This document shows positions 54,020-64,000 of a stretch of DNA of 64,000 nucleotides, in pieces (position 1 is the stretch's first letter; every line of letters starts with the position of its first letter). This DNA comes from an uncultured Chloroflexia bacterium (GTDB taxonomy: Bacteria; Chloroflexota; Anaerolineae; Anaerolineales; E44-bin32): the NCBI GenBank assembly GCA_963818575.1, contig CAWFSV010000024.1, positions 65,319 through 129,318 of the forward strand, in the 5' to 3' direction. The position numbers and the translations under genes were made by a program. The notes under the pieces are model-generated. The model did no database searches. It worked only from the letters and a program-made list of their open reading frames with translations, and was not told where the DNA came from.

Positions 54020-54119
54020 GGAAACCCCCTGGAAAGACAAAGGCCACCCTTGCGGATGGCCTACGAATGCCACAGCCCGAGTCATCGCGAATCGCAACGC
54101 CGGGGCGGATCACATTGAT

Positions 54120-54147
54120 ATTGTAGTCACTAGAGCGAGATTGTCGA
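54120..54147 (-). promoter_or_regulatory. Promoter candidate for the island (minus strand): TCGACA, 16 nt, TACAAT
   Basis: Read directly, ~95 nt upstream of the NYN start. Confidence 0.3.
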
Positions 54148-54400
54148 ACGTAGTACATGTGTTCTACCGAGGCATCACACGCCGTCACGGACATGCGGGC
54201 AAGGCCGTCAACACCGATTTGTCCTTATGTCCACGTTGCCGCCCAACCTGAGGATTCTACATCGTCGCACGCCCCGCAGGCCGCCCGGCGGTACTGGTCG
54301 CCCAACCGCCTCACCTCGTCCAGGCACGCATCATCGTTCGGATTGCGGTCGATAGGCGGTGGCGAACCAGGCGTCGAGGATCTCCTCCGTCTGCGCCTCG

Positions 54401-54959
54401 CTACGCCGCGACCTCGCCGCTCAGCACGCCGTACACCTCCATGTCGTCGATCGTGCCCCACTTGACGGTGTGCTGCCGAAGCGTGCCCTCGTGGCGCATG
54501 CCGACCTTCTCCATCACCCGCCCGGAGGCCGGGTTGCGGCCGTAGTGCTGGGCGAAGACGCGGCGCAGCCCGAGCACGTCGAACGCAAAGCGCACGACGG
54601 CGAGCGCCGCCTCGGTGCAGTAGCCCTGGTTCCAGTAGGGCTTGCCGATCCAGTAGCCGAGCTCGGCACGCTGCATCTCGGCGTTGATCTCGAGCCCGAT
54701 CGCCCCGACCAGCGCGCCGTCCTCGAGGCGCTCGATGCCGAAGACGACGCCGCTCGCCGCGCGCATACCGGTCAGCATGCGTTCCGATCCAGGCCTCGGC
54801 CGCCCCGTCGGGATACGGGTGCGGGATCGTGGCGGTCGTCTCGGCGACGGCGCGATCACCGGCCAGCCGCTGGACGTCGGCGGCGTCGGCCAGCGTCAGC
54901 GGCCGCAGCACCAGCCGCTTCGTCGTCAGCCGCGGGATGGAGGCCGGCGCGGCGGTCAC
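54401..54959 (-). CDS. GNAT family (RimJ/RimL-like) N-acetyltransferase; 1 frame break (~54785)
   Basis: GTG 54959 overlaps the stop of the upstream gene (GTGA). LTTKRLVLRPLTLADAADV in the ORF 54225..55460 frame, then ORF 54401..54859 (GAIGLEINAEMQRAELGYWIGKPYWNQGYCTEA). Confidence 0.75.
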
Positions 54960-56904
54960 GGCTCGACCTCCAGGCTGACGAACAGCGGCAGATGGTCGGA
55001 GGCGGTCGTCGCCGGGACGACGGCGTCGACGGCGCGCAAATCGGGCGTGTGCCACACCCAGTCGATGCGCTCGAACGGACCGACGGCCGGCCAGGTCAGC
55101 CCGTCGCCCGTGCCGGCTTCGGCCCACGAATTGACCCACCCGGCGTCGGCGATCAACTGCATCTCGGCATAATCCGGCTCGGAGTTCAGGTCGCCGAGCA
55201 GGATCGAATACGGCCGCCCGTCCCAGAAGTCGAGCAGCACCGGCACCTGCGCCAGCCGCGGCGCGTGCTCGCTCTCGACGTGGTGCAGGTGGGTGACGAT
55301 GACCAGCAGCGGCTCGGGCAGCCCGGCGTCGATCGACGCCCACAGGTAGCCGCGCGGGAAGTGCGTGCCGGCCAGCGGCAAGCGGCGCCGAGCCGCTCTC
55401 GCGGATCGGCAGGCGCGTCAGCAGCGCGTTGCCCCAGACCGGGTCGGTCGTGCCCGGCAAAGAGCACCTGCATCTCGAGCCGATCCGCCAGCCAGGCGAC
55501 CAGGTCGGTCGAGCCGTCGAGCAGCCAGCCGCGCGACACCTCTTGCAGGGCGACGATGTCGGCCTCGGTCGATTCGATCACGCGGGCGATCGCCTCGGGG
55601 TCCTGCGCGCCGGCGCTGTCGTAGGCCGAATGGATGTTGTAGGTCAGCACGCGCAGTGGTGCACCGGTCGGCGAGACCGCGGCGGGCGGGATCCGGCTGC
55701 ACCAGCGAGAAGACCATCACGGGCAGGAAGACGCCGGCGACGGCGATGAAGGCGGCGGCGGAGGCGGATCGCGGCAGGCCGCGCACGGGCAGGCGGACGG
55801 TGGCGGCGACGACGGTCAGGCCGAAGGCGACCGCCGCCGCGGGCAGAAGCGACTCGCGCGAGACGGGCAGCGGCAGGTCGAGCGAGACGTAGTACGCAAA
55901 CGTCAGCCCAAGGAAGACGATCAGCCCGAGGTTCAGGCTGATGGAGGTGCGCGCCATCCCGCCGGTCGTCGGCGGTGCGGTCGCCATGGCGATGGCCGCC
56001 AGGCTCCAACCGACGACGAACTGGGCGATGACGAGGTTGATGGTGAAGGCGGGTGTGATCTGGGTGGCGACGCTGGCCGAAAGCGCCAGACAGGCGATGC
56101 CCAGAAACGCCGGTCAGCGGTCGCAGCGCGAACGGGCGCGTCAGCCCGGTCCACAGGCCGGCCGCCAGCACCAGGTTGCCGATCATCGCCAGGACGAACG
56201 CCGCCGCGGCCGACAGCCCGGCGACCTGTGCGATCCAGCCCTGGTTCTGGTAGACCATCGCCTGCAGGAACAGGAGCGGGCCGATGCCGAGCAGTGGCAG
56301 AGCGGCGGGCCAGCCGACCTCGCTCTCGACGCCCGGCCCGACCGCCGGCTCGCGGCGCACGAGGTACAGCACGGCGGCGCATTCGGCGGCGATGACGACG
56401 AGGGCGACGATGCCGCGCGACCAGCTCAGGTCGAGCGTGCCGCCGAAACCCTTGATCGCCGTATCGAGCGCCAGGCCCAGCGCCAGCCCGCCGGCCAATC
56501 GAATCGCAGCCGTCGGCGCATCGCGAGGCGCGCAGGTGAGCGATGAGCGCCGGCAGTGCGATCAGAAACACGACGGTGCCGAGCAGGCTCAGGCCGAGAT
56601 CGACCGCCGGGTCGTGCACGATCTGTTCGGCCAGGCGCACGAGCGCCAGCCCTCCCACGGAGTAGCGCAGCATGGCGGTGGGGCCCAGCGCGCGGCGCAG
56701 CGGTGCGGCGATGAACCCGAGCAGAAACGTGCCGAAGGCGCACGCGCCGAGCACCGCCGAACCGACGCCCAGCGTGTCGCGCAGATACCAGGCCAGGCTG
56801 GGGATGAAGACCCGCAGCAGCTGCAGCCCGAGTGTCACCACGAGCGCGGGCAGCGCCAGGCGGGTGAGGTCGGTGCGCAGTTGTGCCTGCGGCGGAGTGT
56901 CCAT
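54956..56904 (-). CDS. Polytopic membrane domain (~430 aa) fused to a C-terminal endonuclease/exonuclease/phosphatase (EEP) domain; ~5 frame breaks
   Basis: ATG 56904 (MDTPPQAQLRTDLTRLALPALVV...). Membrane pieces lie in ORFs 55933..57435, 55644..56498 and 55418..55987. EEP pieces: 55186..55650 (LTYNIHSAYD...DIVALQEV), the head of 54225..55460, and 54956..55381 (LLGDLNSEP...IDWVWHT...SDHLPLFVSL). Confidence 0.6.
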
Positions 56905-56997
56905 GGGCTCTCCCTCGTCTGACCGAAGAGTGTAGCGCATCCGCCTGCGGCCGACGCGCTTGTGGGATAATGGAAAGTCGTCCGCGGGGGAAGCCAC

Positions 56998-58281
56998 GTG
57001 CGTTTCCAGACGATCTGCGTCCTCGGGCTGGGCTACATCGGCCTGCCGACGGCCAGCACCTTCGCCAACTCCGGCCTGAAGGTCATCGGCGTCGATGTCA
57101 ACGAGCGCATCGTCGCCGGCCTGCGCCAGGGCGAGCTGCACATCGAGGAGCCGGGGCTGCGCACGCTGGTCCAGGCGGCGCTGGCCTCCGGCAACCTGCG
57201 CATCGCCGCACAGCCCGAGCCGGCCGACGCCTTCCTGATCGCCGTGCCGACGCCGGTGCGCTTCGACAAGCGCGCCGACCTGAGCGCCGTCGTCGCCGCC
57301 GCCGAGTCGATCGTCCCGCACCTGCGCCGCTCGAACCTGGTGGTGCTCGAATCGACCTCCCCGCCGCGCACGACGGTCGACGTCATCGCCCCGATCCTCG
57401 AGCGCTCGGGGCTGCGCGCCGGCGTCGATTTCCACCTGGCCTACTCACCCGAACGCGTCCTGCCCGGCCAGATCCTGCGCGAGCTGGTCGAGAACGCCCG
57501 CGTCATCGGCGGGTTCGACCGGGCGTCGGCCGAGGCCGGGCGCGATCTGTACGCCGCCTTCGTGCGCGGCGAGATCGTGCTCACCGACGCCACGACGGCC
57601 GAGATGGTCAAGCTGATGGAGAACACCTACCGCGACGTCAACATCGCCGCGGCCAACGAGTTCGCCCGCCTGGCCGATCGCTTCGGCGTCGACGTGTGGG
57701 AGGCGATCGCCCTGGCCAACCGCCACCCGCGGGTCGAGATCCTGCGCCCGGGCCCGGGCGTGGGCGGGCACTGCATCAGCGTCGACCCGTGGTTCCTGGT
57801 CGAGTCGGCGCCCGAGCTGACGGCGCTCATCCGCCAGGCGCGGCAGGTGAACGATGCGCAGCCGGCGTTCGCCGCCGGGCTGATCGAACGGGCGCTGGGC
57901 GGGCTGCGCGGGCGGTCGATCGCCGCCCTCGGGCTGGCCTACAAGCCGGATGTGGATGACCTGCGCGAAAGCCCGGCGATCGAGGTCGCCAGGCTGTTGG
58001 CGAATGGCGGGGCGCGGGTGACGACCTTCGAGCCGTTCGCCCCGGAGACGGTCGTCCCCGGCTGCGAAACGGCGGCGTCGCTCGAGGCGGCGCTCAAGGA
58101 TGCCGAGGCGGTCGTGCTGCTGGCGGATCACCGCGCCTTCATCGATCTCGATCCGGCGCGTGTCGCAGCGATGATGCCCGGGCGCGTGGCGGTCGATACG
58201 CGCGGCCGCTGGGATCGCGCGCGGTGGACGGCGGCCGGGTTCCGACTGCACGTCCTCGGGGCGGGCGAGCGCGATGGCTGA
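56998..58281 (+). CDS. wecC: UDP-N-acetyl-D-mannosamine dehydrogenase
   Basis: Intact 427-aa ORF (GTG start). ICVLGLGYIGLPTASTFA...GELHIEEPGL closely parallels the E. coli WecC N-terminus. Catalytic GGHCI present. Confidence 0.85.
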   Translation: MRFQTICVLGLGYIGLPTASTFANSGLKVIGVDVNERIVAGLRQGELHIEEPGLRTLVQAALASGNLRIAAQPEPADAFLIAVPTPVRFDKRADLSAVVAAAESIVPHLRRSNLVVLESTSPPRTTVDVIAPILERSGLRAGVDFHLAYSPERVLPGQILRELVENARVIGGFDRASAEAGRDLYAAFVRGEIVLTDATTAEMVKLMENTYRDVNIAAANEFARLADRFGVDVWEAIALANRHPRVEILRPGPGVGGHCISVDPWFLVESAPELTALIRQARQVNDAQPAFAAGLIERALGGLRGRSIAALGLAYKPDVDDLRESPAIEVARLLANGGARVTTFEPFAPETVVPGCETAASLEAALKDAEAVVLLADHRAFIDLDPARVAAMMPGRVAVDTRGRWDRARWTAAGFRLHVLGAGERDG

Positions 58282-59402
58282 ACGCAGCGCTGCGCGTCCT
58301 GTCGGTCTTCGGCACGCGGCCCGAAGCGGTCAAGATGGCGCCGGTCGTCCTGCGCCTGCGCCAGACGCCGGGCGTCGACTCGCTCGTGTGCGTCACCGCC
58401 CAGCACCGGCAGATGCTCGATCAGGTGCTCGACCTGTTCCACCTCAAGCCGGACTTCGACCTCGACCTGATGCAGCCGGACCAGTCGCTGGCCGATACGG
58501 CGGCGGCGGTGTTCACCGGGCTCGATCCGGTCCTGGCGAAGGTGCAGCCGGACTGGGTGCTGGTGCAGGGCGACACGACGACGGTGGTGGCGGCGGCGCT
58601 GGCGGCCTACTACCGCAAGATCCGCCTGGGTCACGTCGAGGCCGGGCTGCGCACCGGCGACAAGTGGCGCCCGTTCCCCGAGGAGATCAACCGGCGCGTC
58701 GCCGGCGTGGTCGCCGATCTGCACTTCGCCCCCACCGACTGGGCGCGGGACAACCTGCTGCGCGAGGGCGTGCCCGACGAGCGGATCGTGGTGACCGGCA
58801 ACCCGGTCATCGATGCGCTGCAGATGATCGTGGCGCTGCCGTACGATTTCGAGAGCGGGCCTTTGGCGAACATGAATCCTGACCGCCGGCTGATCCTGGT
58901 CACCGCCCACCGGCGCGAGAGCTTCGGCAAGCCGCTGGAGGACATCTTCCGCGCGCTGAAGGAGCTGGCGAAGAAGTACGCCACGCAGGCGGAGATCCTG
59001 TACCCGGTGCACCTCAACCCGAACGTCGCCGAGCCGGCTATGCGCATCCTGGGCAGCTCGACCAACGTGCGGCTGGTCGACCCGCTCGACTACCACACGA
59101 TGGTGCACTGCATGCAGCGCGCCTATCTGGTGCTGTCCGACTCGGGCGGCGTGCAGGAAGAAGCGCCGGCGCTCGGGACGCCGGTGCTCGTGCTGCGCGA
59201 GGTGACCGAGCGCCCGGAGGCGCTCGAGGCGGGCACGGCGCGGCTGGTCGGCACCGACACCGAGCGGATCGTGGCCGAGGCGTCGCGCCTGATGGACGAT
59301 CCGCAAGCCCACGCCGCCATGGCCAAAGCGGCCAACCCCTACGGCGACGGCCACGCCGCCGAACGCATCGTCGACGCGCTGCTGGCCGCCTCCCGAGCGT
59401 GA
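58224..59402 (+). CDS. wecB: UDP-N-acetylglucosamine 2-epimerase (non-hydrolysing)
   Basis: VLSVFGTRPEAVKMAPVV...VTAQHRQMLDQV...GHVEAGLRTG...HRRESFG...YPVHLNPNV...[10 protein letters not shown]. Start uncertain: either GTG 58224 (58-nt overlap with wecC) or ATG 58274 with an early 1-nt indel. Confidence 0.88.
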   Translation: MDGGRVPTARPRGGRARWLNAALRVLSVFGTRPEAVKMAPVVLRLRQTPGVDSLVCVTAQHRQMLDQVLDLFHLKPDFDLDLMQPDQSLADTAAAVFTGLDPVLAKVQPDWVLVQGDTTTVVAAALAAYYRKIRLGHVEAGLRTGDKWRPFPEEINRRVAGVVADLHFAPTDWARDNLLREGVPDERIVVTGNPVIDALQMIVALPYDFESGPLANMNPDRRLILVTAHRRESFGKPLEDIFRALKELAKKYATQAEILYPVHLNPNVAEPAMRILGSSTNVRLVDPLDYHTMVHCMQRAYLVLSDSGGVQEEAPALGTPVLVLREVTERPEALEAGTARLVGTDTERIVAEASRLMDDPQAHAAMAKAANPYGDGHAAERIVDALLAASRA

Positions 59403-59496
59403 CCTGCATCGAGCGAATGCCTCGACGCCGTAGCCCCAGGACGCAATTGCATTCCAGCCGGCCGGTCGTCCCAACAGCCGTCGCTGCGGACCCAAT

Positions 59497-60354
59497 CGAC
59501 CTCAAGCCAGTTCCCTCGACCTGATGCAGCCGGACCAGTAGCTGCCGTGATGACGGGATCATTATGGGCTGAGATCTAAGAGGTAGGACTGGGTGCTGAG
59601 AGAGAACACGAGAGTGGAGCTGCCTTGGCTACTACCACAGATGCGCTCGGCAGTGAGGCGACTGGCACGGAAAATGGCGATTGAGGAGATCAACTCGAGT
59701 GCATGCGTTATGCAGACTGCACTTTGCTACATGCGCGGGAAAACCGCTGAGAGCGTGGACATGTGTTAAGAATAGTATGATGACTGCAGATATTTGGTAG
59801 GTAATTCAGAGCGGGTTCTGGCAACATGAATCGCCGACGCCGGCTGATCCTGGTCACCGCCCACCGGCGCGAGACTTCGGCAAGCCGCTGGAGGATATTT
59901 CGAGCGCTGAAGGAGCTGGCGAAGAAATACGCCACGCAGGCGGAGATCGTGTACCCAGTGCATCTAACCCGAACGTGCGCCGAGCCGGCTGAGCGCATCT
60001 GAGCAGCTGACAAACGTGCGACTGGTCGACCCGCTCGACTACCACGATGATGGTGCACTGCATGCAGCGCGCCTATCTGGTGCTATCCGATTCGGGCGGA
60101 GTGCAGGAAGAAGCGCCGGCGCTCGGGACGCCGGTGCTCGTGCCTGCGCGAGGTGACCGAGCGCCCGGAGGCGCTCGAGGCGGGCACGGCGCGGCTGGTG
60201 GGCACCGACACCGAGCGGATCGTGGCCGAGGCGTCGCGCCTGATGGACGATCCGCAAGCGCACGCCGCCATGGCGCAAAGCGGCCAACCCCTACGGCGAC
60301 GGCCACGCCGCCGAACGCATCGTCGACGCGCTGCTGGCCGCCTCCCGAGCGTGA
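59497..60354 (+). pseudogene. Degenerate tandem second copy of wecB (from about codon 70 to the stop), with indels and a divergent AT-rich middle
   Basis: 59821..60440 matches 58866..59490 at roughly 95% with several 1-nt indels. 59497..59546 matches 58438..58492. The 59547..59815 stretch retains only islands of identity (gactgggtgctg, gaggagatcaac, agagcggg). Confidence 0.75.
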
Positions 60355-60447
60355 CCTCGCTCGAGCGAATGCCTCGACGCCGTAGCCACAGGACGCAATT
60401 GCATTCCAGCGGGCGATCGTCCCAACAGCTCGCTCCTGCGACCTCCA

Positions 60448-60501
60448 CCCCCTCTCCGCTGCGTTACTTCTCGTCACAGGCTGTGGTCCGCGGAGAGGGG
60501 G
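60448..60501. repeat. REP-like inverted repeat CCCCCTCTCCGC-N30-GCGGAGAGGGGG
   Basis: Arms at 60448..60459 and 60490..60501. This is the third member of the CCCTCTCCGC family in the window. Confidence 0.8.
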
Positions 60502-60637
60502 CAGGGGGGTGAGGCGGCAATCCGCATGCTCCGCGCACCGCTGCCCATGCGCACATCCTGCGGCCTTGCCTGCGCAGGCAGGGCAGGCGACAATCGCACT
60601 CGCGCCCTCGGCGCACGATGATGAGCGACCGCGTTCG

Positions 60638-61667
60638 ATGAACCCACGCCGCCTGTGCCTGGTCTCCCGCATCCCCGGCGTCGCCGGGCCGGCGGGCTTT
60701 CAACGCCGGCTGGCGGACGGGCTGGCGCGCCGCGGCATCGGCGTCACCTACGACCTGGACGACGAGCCCTACGACGCGGCGCTCGTCATCGGCGGCACGC
60801 GCCAGTTGGCCGGGCTGTGGCGCGCCCGGCGTCGCGGCGTCGCCGTGCTCCAGCGCCTGAACGGCATGAACTGGATCCACCGCCGGCGCCGCACCGGGCT
60901 GAGGCACTTCGTCCGCGCCGAAGCCAACAACCTCGTGCTGCAGTTCATCCGCCGCCGCGTGGCGACGCACGTCGTCTACCAGAGCGAGTTCGCCCGCGCC
61001 TGGTGGGACCGCAAGCATCTGCCGGCGCCGGTGCCGACCTCGGTCGTCTCTGAACGGCGTGCCGCTCGATGTGTACACGCCGAGCGGGCCGGAGACACCG
61101 CCCGTCGATCGCATCCGGCTGCTCGTCGTCGAGGCCAACCTGGACGCCGGCTACGACATCGGGCTGACCTGGGCGCTCGAACTCGCGGGCAGGCTGCAGA
61201 CGCATTCCGGGCGCAAGGTCGAACTGATCGTCGCCGGGCGCGTGCCCGAAACGCTCCGACAGCAGGCCGATGCATCTGCGCCGGGCCCGATCACATGGCT
61301 GGGCGTCGTGCCGCCGGGCTCGATCCCGGCGCTCGATCGCTCCGCCCACCTGCTGTTCGCCTCGGATGTCATGCCCGCCTGCCCCAACTCGGTCGTCGAG
61401 GCGCTGGCCTGCGGGCTGCCGGTCGTTTCGTTCGACACCGGTGCGCTGCCCGAGCTGGTCACCGGCGACGCCGGGCGGATCGTGGCCTACGGCGGCGATG
61501 CGTGGAGGCTGGATCCGCCGGACCTCGATTCGCTGGCCTCGGCGGCGGCCGAAGTGATCGACGGCGGCGAACGCTTTCGACGCGCGGCGCGAGCGCGGGC
61601 CGAGGCCGGGCTGAACGTCGAGACGATGATCGACGGCTACCTGTCCGCGCTGGGCTGGGAGGCCTAG
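60638..61667 (+). CDS. Glycosyltransferase (GT-B fold, family 4/1-like); 1 frame break (~61050)
   Basis: ATG 60638 in the ORF 60509..62641 frame (MNPRRLCLVSRIPGVAGPAGF...) joins ORF 61059..61667 (ACPNSVVEALACGLPVVSFDTGALPELV). Confidence 0.7.
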
Positions 61668-61676
61668 GCCCGATCG

Positions 61677-62781
61677 ATGGCCGAAGCGACGCGCTTCCCC
61701 GGGAAGGTCTGCCTGCAGCAGCGCGTGCTGCCGGACTACCGCGCGCCGTTCGTCGAGGCGCTCGCCGGCCGGTGCGACGGAGGCCTGAGCGTCTTCGCCG
61801 GGACGCCGCGCCCGGACGAGTCGATCCGCACCTCCGCTCCGCTGAGCCACGCGCGATGGACGCGAGCGGAAAACCGGCAGCTGTTCGGTGGGCGGCTGGC
61901 GCTGCACACCCAACCGGGATTGCTCGAATGGCTGGCGCGCGAACAGCCCGACGTGCTCGTGTTGGAAGCCAACCCGCGCTACCTGAGCAACCTGACCGCC
62001 CGGCGCTGGATGCACGCAAATGGAAAACCGGTGGTGGGTTGGGGGCTGGGAGCACCGCCGGCGTCCGGGCTGCGTGCGTGGTTTCGGCGGAGCTACCTGG
62101 ATGGTTTCGACGCATTGATCGCCTACAGCACGCTGGGCGCGGCGCAGTACCGTGCTCTGGGTTTCCCGTCCGAGCGTGTCTTCGTCGCACCGAACGCCGC
62201 CACGCCGGCGCCGCGGCAGATGCCCGAGCGCCAACCCGGACGCGATCGACCGCTGCGCCTGCTGTTCGTCGGGCGGCTGCAGGAACGCAAACGCCTCGAC
62301 CTGCTCTTCGAGGCCTGCCGCGAGCTCGACCCGCGACCGGAGCTCCTGATCGCCGGCGATGGCCCCGATCGGCCCGGCTCGAAGCGCTGGCGGCAAGCAC
62401 GTCTGTCCAACGTGCAGTTTCCTCGGCGACCTGCGCGGCGAAGCGCTGGATGCCGCCTATGCGCGGGCGGACCTGTTCGTCCTGCCGGGGACGGGTGGGC
62501 TGGCGCTGCAGCAGGCGCTGGCGGCCGGTCTGCCTGCCATCGCCGCACAGGGCGACGGTTCGCAGCAGGACATGGTCACGCCGGACAACGGCTGGCTCGT
62601 GCGCCCCGGCGATCTGGCCGATCTGCGCGCGGCGCTGGTGAAGGCGATGGCACTCAACGACGACCAACTGCGGGCCATGGGTGCGGCGTCGTTTCGGCTG
62701 GCTCAAACGCGCTTCAACCTGGAGGCGATGACGGACGCGTTCGTCGCCGCGCTGTGCGCGACGACGCGGCGGAGGGCCTGA
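61677..62781 (+). CDS. Glycosyltransferase family 1/4; 1-3 frame breaks (62375-62425)
   Basis: ORF 61677..63380, first ~235 codons (LLFVGRLQERKRLDLL...LLIAGDGPDR), joins ORF 62359..62781 (FLGDLRGEALDAAYARADLFVLPGTGGLALQQALAAGLPAIA). Confidence 0.7.
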
Positions 62782-63994
62782 GTGCGCCTGCTCTACTACG
62801 CCGATGCCCGAAGCCCGATCGCCCGGAGCTGGGTGGAGCACTTCATTCGCGCCGGGCACGAGGTGCACTGGGTCTCGAGCTTTCCGGCGGCGCCGATCGA
62901 AGGGCTGGCTTCCTTTCAGGTCGTTCCGGTTGCGTTCAGCGGTCGTGCATCTCAGCCACCATCCGGCCGCGCCACCGGCGGCGCAAGCGGGCTTCGCCTG
63001 CGGCTGGCATTGCGCCACTGGTTGGGGCCGCTGACCGTCGGCGCGGCGGCCGGCGGGCTGCGCCGGATCATCGACCAGGTGCGCCCCGATCTGGTGCACG
63101 CGCTGCGCATCCCGTTCGAGGGCATGACGGCCGCGCAGGCATCCGGCGGCCGCCCGCTGGTGATCTCGACCTGGGGCAACGACTTCACGCTCCATGCGCC
63201 GTCGTCGCCCGGGATGCTGAACCTGACGCGGCGAGCACTCGGCGCCGCGGCCGGGCTGCACAGCGACTGCCGGCGCGACCTGGCCCTGGCCACGCGCTGG
63301 GGCTACCCGAGCGGACGTCCGTCGATCGTGCTGCCCGGCAACGGCGGGGTACGGCGGGAGGTCTTCTTCCCTGCCGGTGAGGCGCCTGAGCAAAGATCTG
63401 ACCGATTGTCGGCCGCGCTGGCCGGCATCCCGGCCTCGGCGCCGATCGTCGTCAACCCACGCGGCTTTCGAGCCTACGTGCGCAGCGACACGTTCTTCCG
63501 GGCGATCCCGCGCGTCCTGCAGCGCAAGCCCGGCGTCGTCTTCGTCTGCCCGACGATGGCCGGCGACCCGCAGGCCGAGCGCTGGCTGCAGCGGCTGGGC
63601 GTCGGAGCGATCCGTGCGCCTGCTCCCGTCGTTGGAACCGGCCGAGATGGCGGCGCTCTTCCGGCGCGCACAGGTGAGCGTCTCACCCAGCACGCACGAC
63701 GGCACGCCCAACACGCTGCTGGAGGCGATGGCCTGCGGCTGCTTCCCGATCGCCGGCGATCTGGAATCGATCCGCGAGTGGCTGGTGCGCGGCGAGACCG
63801 GGTTGATCGTCGATCCGGCGGACGATGAAGGCCTGGCGTGGGCGATCCTGCGCGCGCTGGACGACGACGGCCTGCGTCAGGGCGCCGCGCGCCGCAACGT
63901 CGAGGTCATCCGCCAGCGGGCGGACTACCCGGCCTGCATGCAGCAGGCCGAGGCGTTCTACCGTCAGGTGGTCGAGGCAGGGCCGGTGCTATAA
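62782..63994 (+). CDS. Glycosyltransferase family 4-like; 1 frame break (~63610)
   Basis: GTG 62782 (MRLLYYADARSPIARSWVEHF...) in ORF 62782..63828 joins ORF 63377..63994 (VSVSPSTHDGTPNTLLEAMACGCFPIAGDLESIREWL). Confidence 0.7.
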
Positions 63995-64000
63995 TGCCGC

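Noticed and set aside
49780-54400. Calling the lower-GC island a mobile element or prophage
   Set aside because: No integrase, transposase, tRNA target, terminal inverted repeats or flanking direct repeats are visible. Only the composition shift and gene content support horizontal origin.
60509-63714. 710-aa plus-strand and 751-aa minus-strand ORFs across the glycosyltransferase genes
   Set aside because: Mosaic or antisense high-GC ORFs. Only short stretches coincide with real GT frames.

Overview
This is a high-GC bacterial chromosome segment. It is tentatively Chloroflexota-like, based on lipobox proteins, a T-box leader and GC-rich REP-like palindromes. I count about 60 protein genes and saw no rRNA, tRNA, CRISPR array, integrase or transposase.

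Gene content from left to right:
- A nitrite/NO module: NirK with a fused cupredoxin, DUF1858, Crp/Fnr, an NnrU-like protein, a Trx-DUF2892 fusion and a stand-alone DUF2892.
- An ECF sigma factor with a ZAS anti-sigma factor, next to a Trx-VKOR fusion.
- A coupled HIT, LOG, SbcD, SbcC block.
- A ~1240-aa multi-GAF/PAS histidine kinase.
- An HpnA-like reductase plus a thiolase.
- A wHTH-regulated, tandemly duplicated ABC-2 exporter.
- A UbiA prenyltransferase.
- A DHOD-like gene divergent from PFOR (nifJ).
- FeoAB.
- A 9.5-kb minus-strand block: a serine-palmitoyltransferase-like alpha-oxoamine synthase, an HpnA/CerR-like reductase, and six tandem paralogs of a ~7-TM protein family I cannot name. 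This block is the top candidate for something new.
- T-box-controlled serS, DUF456, a HEAT-repeat protein, Trm112, VanW, a Gmad2 lipoprotein, an IDH-family dehydrogenase and an M32 carboxypeptidase.
- A ~4.5-kb lower-GC island carrying NYN, GIY-YIG, GHKL-ATPase/PD-(D/E)xK and COG3440-type HNH genes. This is a candidate, partly degraded, defence island.
- A GNAT, a polytopic-membrane/EEP fusion, wecC, wecB, a degenerate tandem wecB copy and three glycosyltransferases.

Major caveat: I count roughly 60 reading-frame breaks, mostly 1-nt indels, and they are very unevenly distributed. PFOR, sbcCD, wecC, IDH and M32 have none, while the 7.3-kb paralog array has about 19. Even serS is broken, so many breaks are probably long-read assembly errors rather than real pseudogenes. 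For broken genes I give the reconstructed whole-gene span and name the ORF-track fragments in the evidence. All family calls come from motif recognition by eye; no searches were run.
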